Shown: piece after piece, positions 61,518-64,000 of the stretch
Layout of the letters: every line of letters begins with the position of its first letter
Numbering within the stretch: position 1 is the stretch's first letter
From: an uncultured Verrucomicrobiae bacterium
Lineage (GTDB): Bacteria; Verrucomicrobiota; Verrucomicrobiia; Limisphaerales; Palsa-1400
Direction: 5' to 3'
Length of the DNA: 64,000 bases
Assembly (NCBI GenBank): GCA_963764165.1
Contig: CAVXRD010000001.1
Coordinates: forward strand, 1,472,001 to 1,536,000
Translations under genes and position numbers: made by a program
Notes under the pieces: generated by a model
Seen by the model: the letters and a program-made list of their open reading frames with translations, nothing else
What the model was told of the DNA's origin: nothing
Databases searched by the model: none

Positions 61518-62300
61518 ATGAGAGACATTTGCGACAATGCTGAGTCACCTAGCTACGTGTCACTACCAGTGATTAAAGCAAACACATTGGTCCCCAAAAG
61601 CAGAGCACAGCAACGACGTGAATCCTCCTTGCACCCCCCTGCTCGCCCCCTTGAACCGGATTTCAAGATAAGAGCGCGCTCGATTCTCGTGACTGGAACA
61701 GATCTGGTAGGCAAAACGACTCTAATAAATCGACTTGTCCCGCATCTAAGAAACAGTGGCTTTAAAATCACTCCAAACAAGCACGACCTTCACAAAACGG
61801 CATTGATGCCTAGTATTCATACTCTGCTAGAGGCTGCTTCGCCGGAAGACCTCCTGCAGATAAACAGCCTCTTCTTTGTGACTTTCCTCATCGACTCAAT
61901 GAAATTCAATCCGGAGCCTGACGCTATCATCATTCAAGACTCTTACGTCTGTCGCACTATGGCATTCTCCTTGGCTTATAATTTAACTCCTATCACTGAT
62001 CTCTTTGAAGCATTTAGGCATCACTTCTTCTCTTTTGATGTAACAATTCACCTGACCGCAACGATCGAAGCGAGAAAGCAGCGACTGTCAGTTAGAGGCA
62101 ATTCCAATTCTCAAGATCACTTGATCATTACTGATCCAGCGAAGGTGTCACTAATGGATCACCACCTAAGCAACATAGTCAAAACCCATAAGGAGTATCT
62201 TCAGCTCGACACGTCGGAGTTGACAATCCCCCAGGTATTTGAGACGGTTACTAAGTACCTATGCGAGGACATCTCACCGCTCCTGGGAATCGAAGTTTAA
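61518..62300 (+). CDS. Thymidylate-kinase-like nucleoside monophosphate kinase
   Basis: P-loop ILVTGTDLVGKTT, IIQDSY (DRY-like), DVTIHL.A..E.RKQRL..R lid, LDTS. Confidence 0.8.
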   Translation: MRDICDNAESPSYVSLPVIKANTLVPKSRAQQRRESSLHPPARPLEPDFKIRARSILVTGTDLVGKTTLINRLVPHLRNSGFKITPNKHDLHKTALMPSIHTLLEAASPEDLLQINSLFFVTFLIDSMKFNPEPDAIIIQDSYVCRTMAFSLAYNLTPITDLFEAFRHHFFSFDVTIHLTATIEARKQRLSVRGNSNSQDHLIITDPAKVSLMDHHLSNIVKTHKEYLQLDTSELTIPQVFETVTKYLCEDISPLLGIEV

Positions 62301-62313
62301 GCCATAATCTCAT

Positions 62314-63963
62314 ATGAAGCCTACTCTTCGATCGCCGCCGGTAATCTTGCCATTTTGTCGCACGCTTCTATCCCAATCTGGAGCGTCTCTGACAATGTCA
62401 TCGATAGCGAGTTATTTGGAAATGCACGGATACGAGGCGGACTTGCAGTTTATCGAGAGAGATAATACAGAAAGTATTCCACGCTTTCTAGCTCATCTAA
62501 ACGGATTGGCCAACCCGCTGGTAATTGCAAAAATCAATTTTCAAGATCAGTCGGTTATGTTGTCGCTGCTTAAGCACTTGAAGGAACTCAAAAGGGTGGC
62601 GAAAGTGGCTTTATGCGGCCCATTTGCCGCCCAACATTATCTCTCCATCATGGCGGCTAACCCATTCGTAGATGCAATATTGGTCGGTCAACCTGAGGTC
62701 GCTGCTCTTGATTTTGTTCAGTCTGAGTCGAATACCAACCAGGGCGGCACAACATATTCCTTCGCCCGAAGAGATCATGTCCAGACTGATATGATCGTTG
62801 CTCCCGTTGTTGGACGCACTGTCGCGCTTGAGAATCTACCGCATCCAAAACGATCCGTGGAAATTGAGGAAACTACTCCTCACGTTAATCTGGAAGCCTC
62901 TCGCGGATGCACGTTCGGCTGCAGTTTCTGTCACCTCAGTAAAACAGCAATCAGTTACAGATCACCAGCCTCTGTAATCGAAGAGATTGCTTATCTGAAC
63001 AGGTCTTTAGGCAAATCGCTTTTCATTTTTAACGACAGTTGCTTTTGGGCAAGCTCAGAGGATGATGCACGCATTATGGCGATCGCCAACGGCATTCTCG
63101 CCAAGTCGCTTGATGTCCGCTTATACGTTTACCTTAGAGTAAGGCCGCTTATCTCAAAGCCCATTTTAGGCGCCCTAGTTGAGGCTGGGCTGGTGAGGGT
63201 GTTTTTGGGAGTCGAGTCAGCTGTAAAACGAATCAAACGCGATTTCCATAAGCCCTCAGATGATGTGGACTTTGGAAAGGCGCGAAGTCTCTTCGAGAGA
63301 GATTTTAATCTGAATGTCCATATCGGTTTTATTACCGTCGAACCTCATTCCACTATTGTGGAAGTCGAACTCAATATCGATTATCTGATGGATATTGAGA
63401 AGTTGTTTAGAATAGGCATCATAACGGAACCGATGCGAGCTATACCTGGCACCGAAAGCTTTAATCGGCTTCTTGAAAGAGGCTTAATGCCAGATGGTTT
63501 GAACTATACCGCTATCACTTATGGTTATCGGTTTCAACATCAAGAAACTTTTGTTTTTTTGCGTGAGATGCAACAATTGTTTAGGATGACGCTTAGACAA
63601 GAGGCCTACAAATTCGAGTATTTTTCCACGGTTGTTGGGTTGCTTAAATCGCTTTCGATTCGCTTGCTCGGCTCCCTGCCTGCTCACATAGATATTCAAT
63701 TCCAGACAGTTTTACGATTGCGCGGCGAGGGTATGGTTATGCTTTACCATCATATGAAACATCAAATTCAATACCTAAAGCACAATCCACAGTGCTCCGA
63801 AATACCAAAAGGACAAAGCTATGCGGATTTTGTATTTAACTTCAAGCGAACCTCCTTGGAATTGGAACTCGCTTATGGCTCCTTAGTCGCGCTTTTGCAA
63901 GGAACTGGTGCCGGAAGGGCGGTTCGGGAAGTTTATTCTGGTATGGAAAGGATTCGTGGTTGA
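62314..63963 (+). CDS. B12-binding-domain radical SAM enzyme
   Basis: N-terminal SIASYL..G, CGPFA, VDAILVGQPE; SRGCTFGCSFC; LGVES; PGT. Confidence 0.9.
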   Translation: MKPTLRSPPVILPFCRTLLSQSGASLTMSSIASYLEMHGYEADLQFIERDNTESIPRFLAHLNGLANPLVIAKINFQDQSVMLSLLKHLKELKRVAKVALCGPFAAQHYLSIMAANPFVDAILVGQPEVAALDFVQSESNTNQGGTTYSFARRDHVQTDMIVAPVVGRTVALENLPHPKRSVEIEETTPHVNLEASRGCTFGCSFCHLSKTAISYRSPASVIEEIAYLNRSLGKSLFIFNDSCFWASSEDDARIMAIANGILAKSLDVRLYVYLRVRPLISKPILGALVEAGLVRVFLGVESAVKRIKRDFHKPSDDVDFGKARSLFERDFNLNVHIGFITVEPHSTIVEVELNIDYLMDIEKLFRIGIITEPMRAIPGTESFNRLLERGLMPDGLNYTAITYGYRFQHQETFVFLREMQQLFRMTLRQEAYKFEYFSTVVGLLKSLSIRLLGSLPAHIDIQFQTVLRLRGEGMVMLYHHMKHQIQYLKHNPQCSEIPKGQSYADFVFNFKRTSLELELAYGSLVALLQGTGAGRAVREVYSGMERIRG

Positions 63964-64000
63964 TCACCCTTTAATCATCAGTGTCGACGGGAATGTGAAT
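63956..64000 (+). CDS. Start of a probable deoxynucleoside-kinase-like P-loop protein (partial)
   Basis: GTG start overlapping the radical SAM stop, GAAAGGA upstream; MVDHPLIISVDGNVN resembles IISIEGNIGxGK. Confidence 0.5.
   Translation, partial: MVDHPLIISVDGNVN

Noticed and set aside
62314..63963. Radical SAM as a true prokaryotic viperin
   Set aside because: It has an N-terminal B12-binding domain and the SRGC class-B motif, is 549 aa, and lacks the viperin NxH-x4-CxxxCxxCF context; the link is by analogy only

Overview
GC-rich bacterial chromosome segment, most likely Verrucomicrobiota subdivision 3 (Pedosphaera/Limisphaera-like). This is inferred from the gene content: TIGR02999-type ECF sigmas, a DUF1559 prepilin, BspA and secreted proteins with a shared C-terminal domain. 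Bases 1-42.3 kb are mostly backbone: an RND efflux operon, DUF885, vapBC, an S10 peptidase, moxR-DUF58-transglutaminase, an rsmH paralog, GT2s, yraN, an NtrC-type regulator, rpsU, BspA, a prepilin and an ankyrin protein. Several MITE and REP-like repeat families sit between these genes. At ~42,807 comM/yifB is broken: only its 3' third is present, joined to a recombination-like half-site (GTTGCCTTT) that also encodes the start of a double-XRE gene. Everything to the right looks like a composite integrated island that runs off the window. It carries a tRNA-Gly 3' att fragment, an HNH remnant, and an ECF sigma / frameshifted Ser-Thr kinase-WD40 / 1998-aa metzincin surface-protein module with a shared promoter motif. 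It also carries a PAS histidine kinase with receivers and a second XRE/att module. At the far end is an AT-richer operon: XRE regulator, thymidylate-kinase-like enzyme, B12-binding radical SAM enzyme, and the first 15 codons of a probable second nucleoside kinase. This operon is the best candidate for an undescribed system (nucleotide-analogue synthesis, possibly anti-phage). No CRISPR array, rRNA, intact tRNA, integrase or transposase gene is seen in the window.
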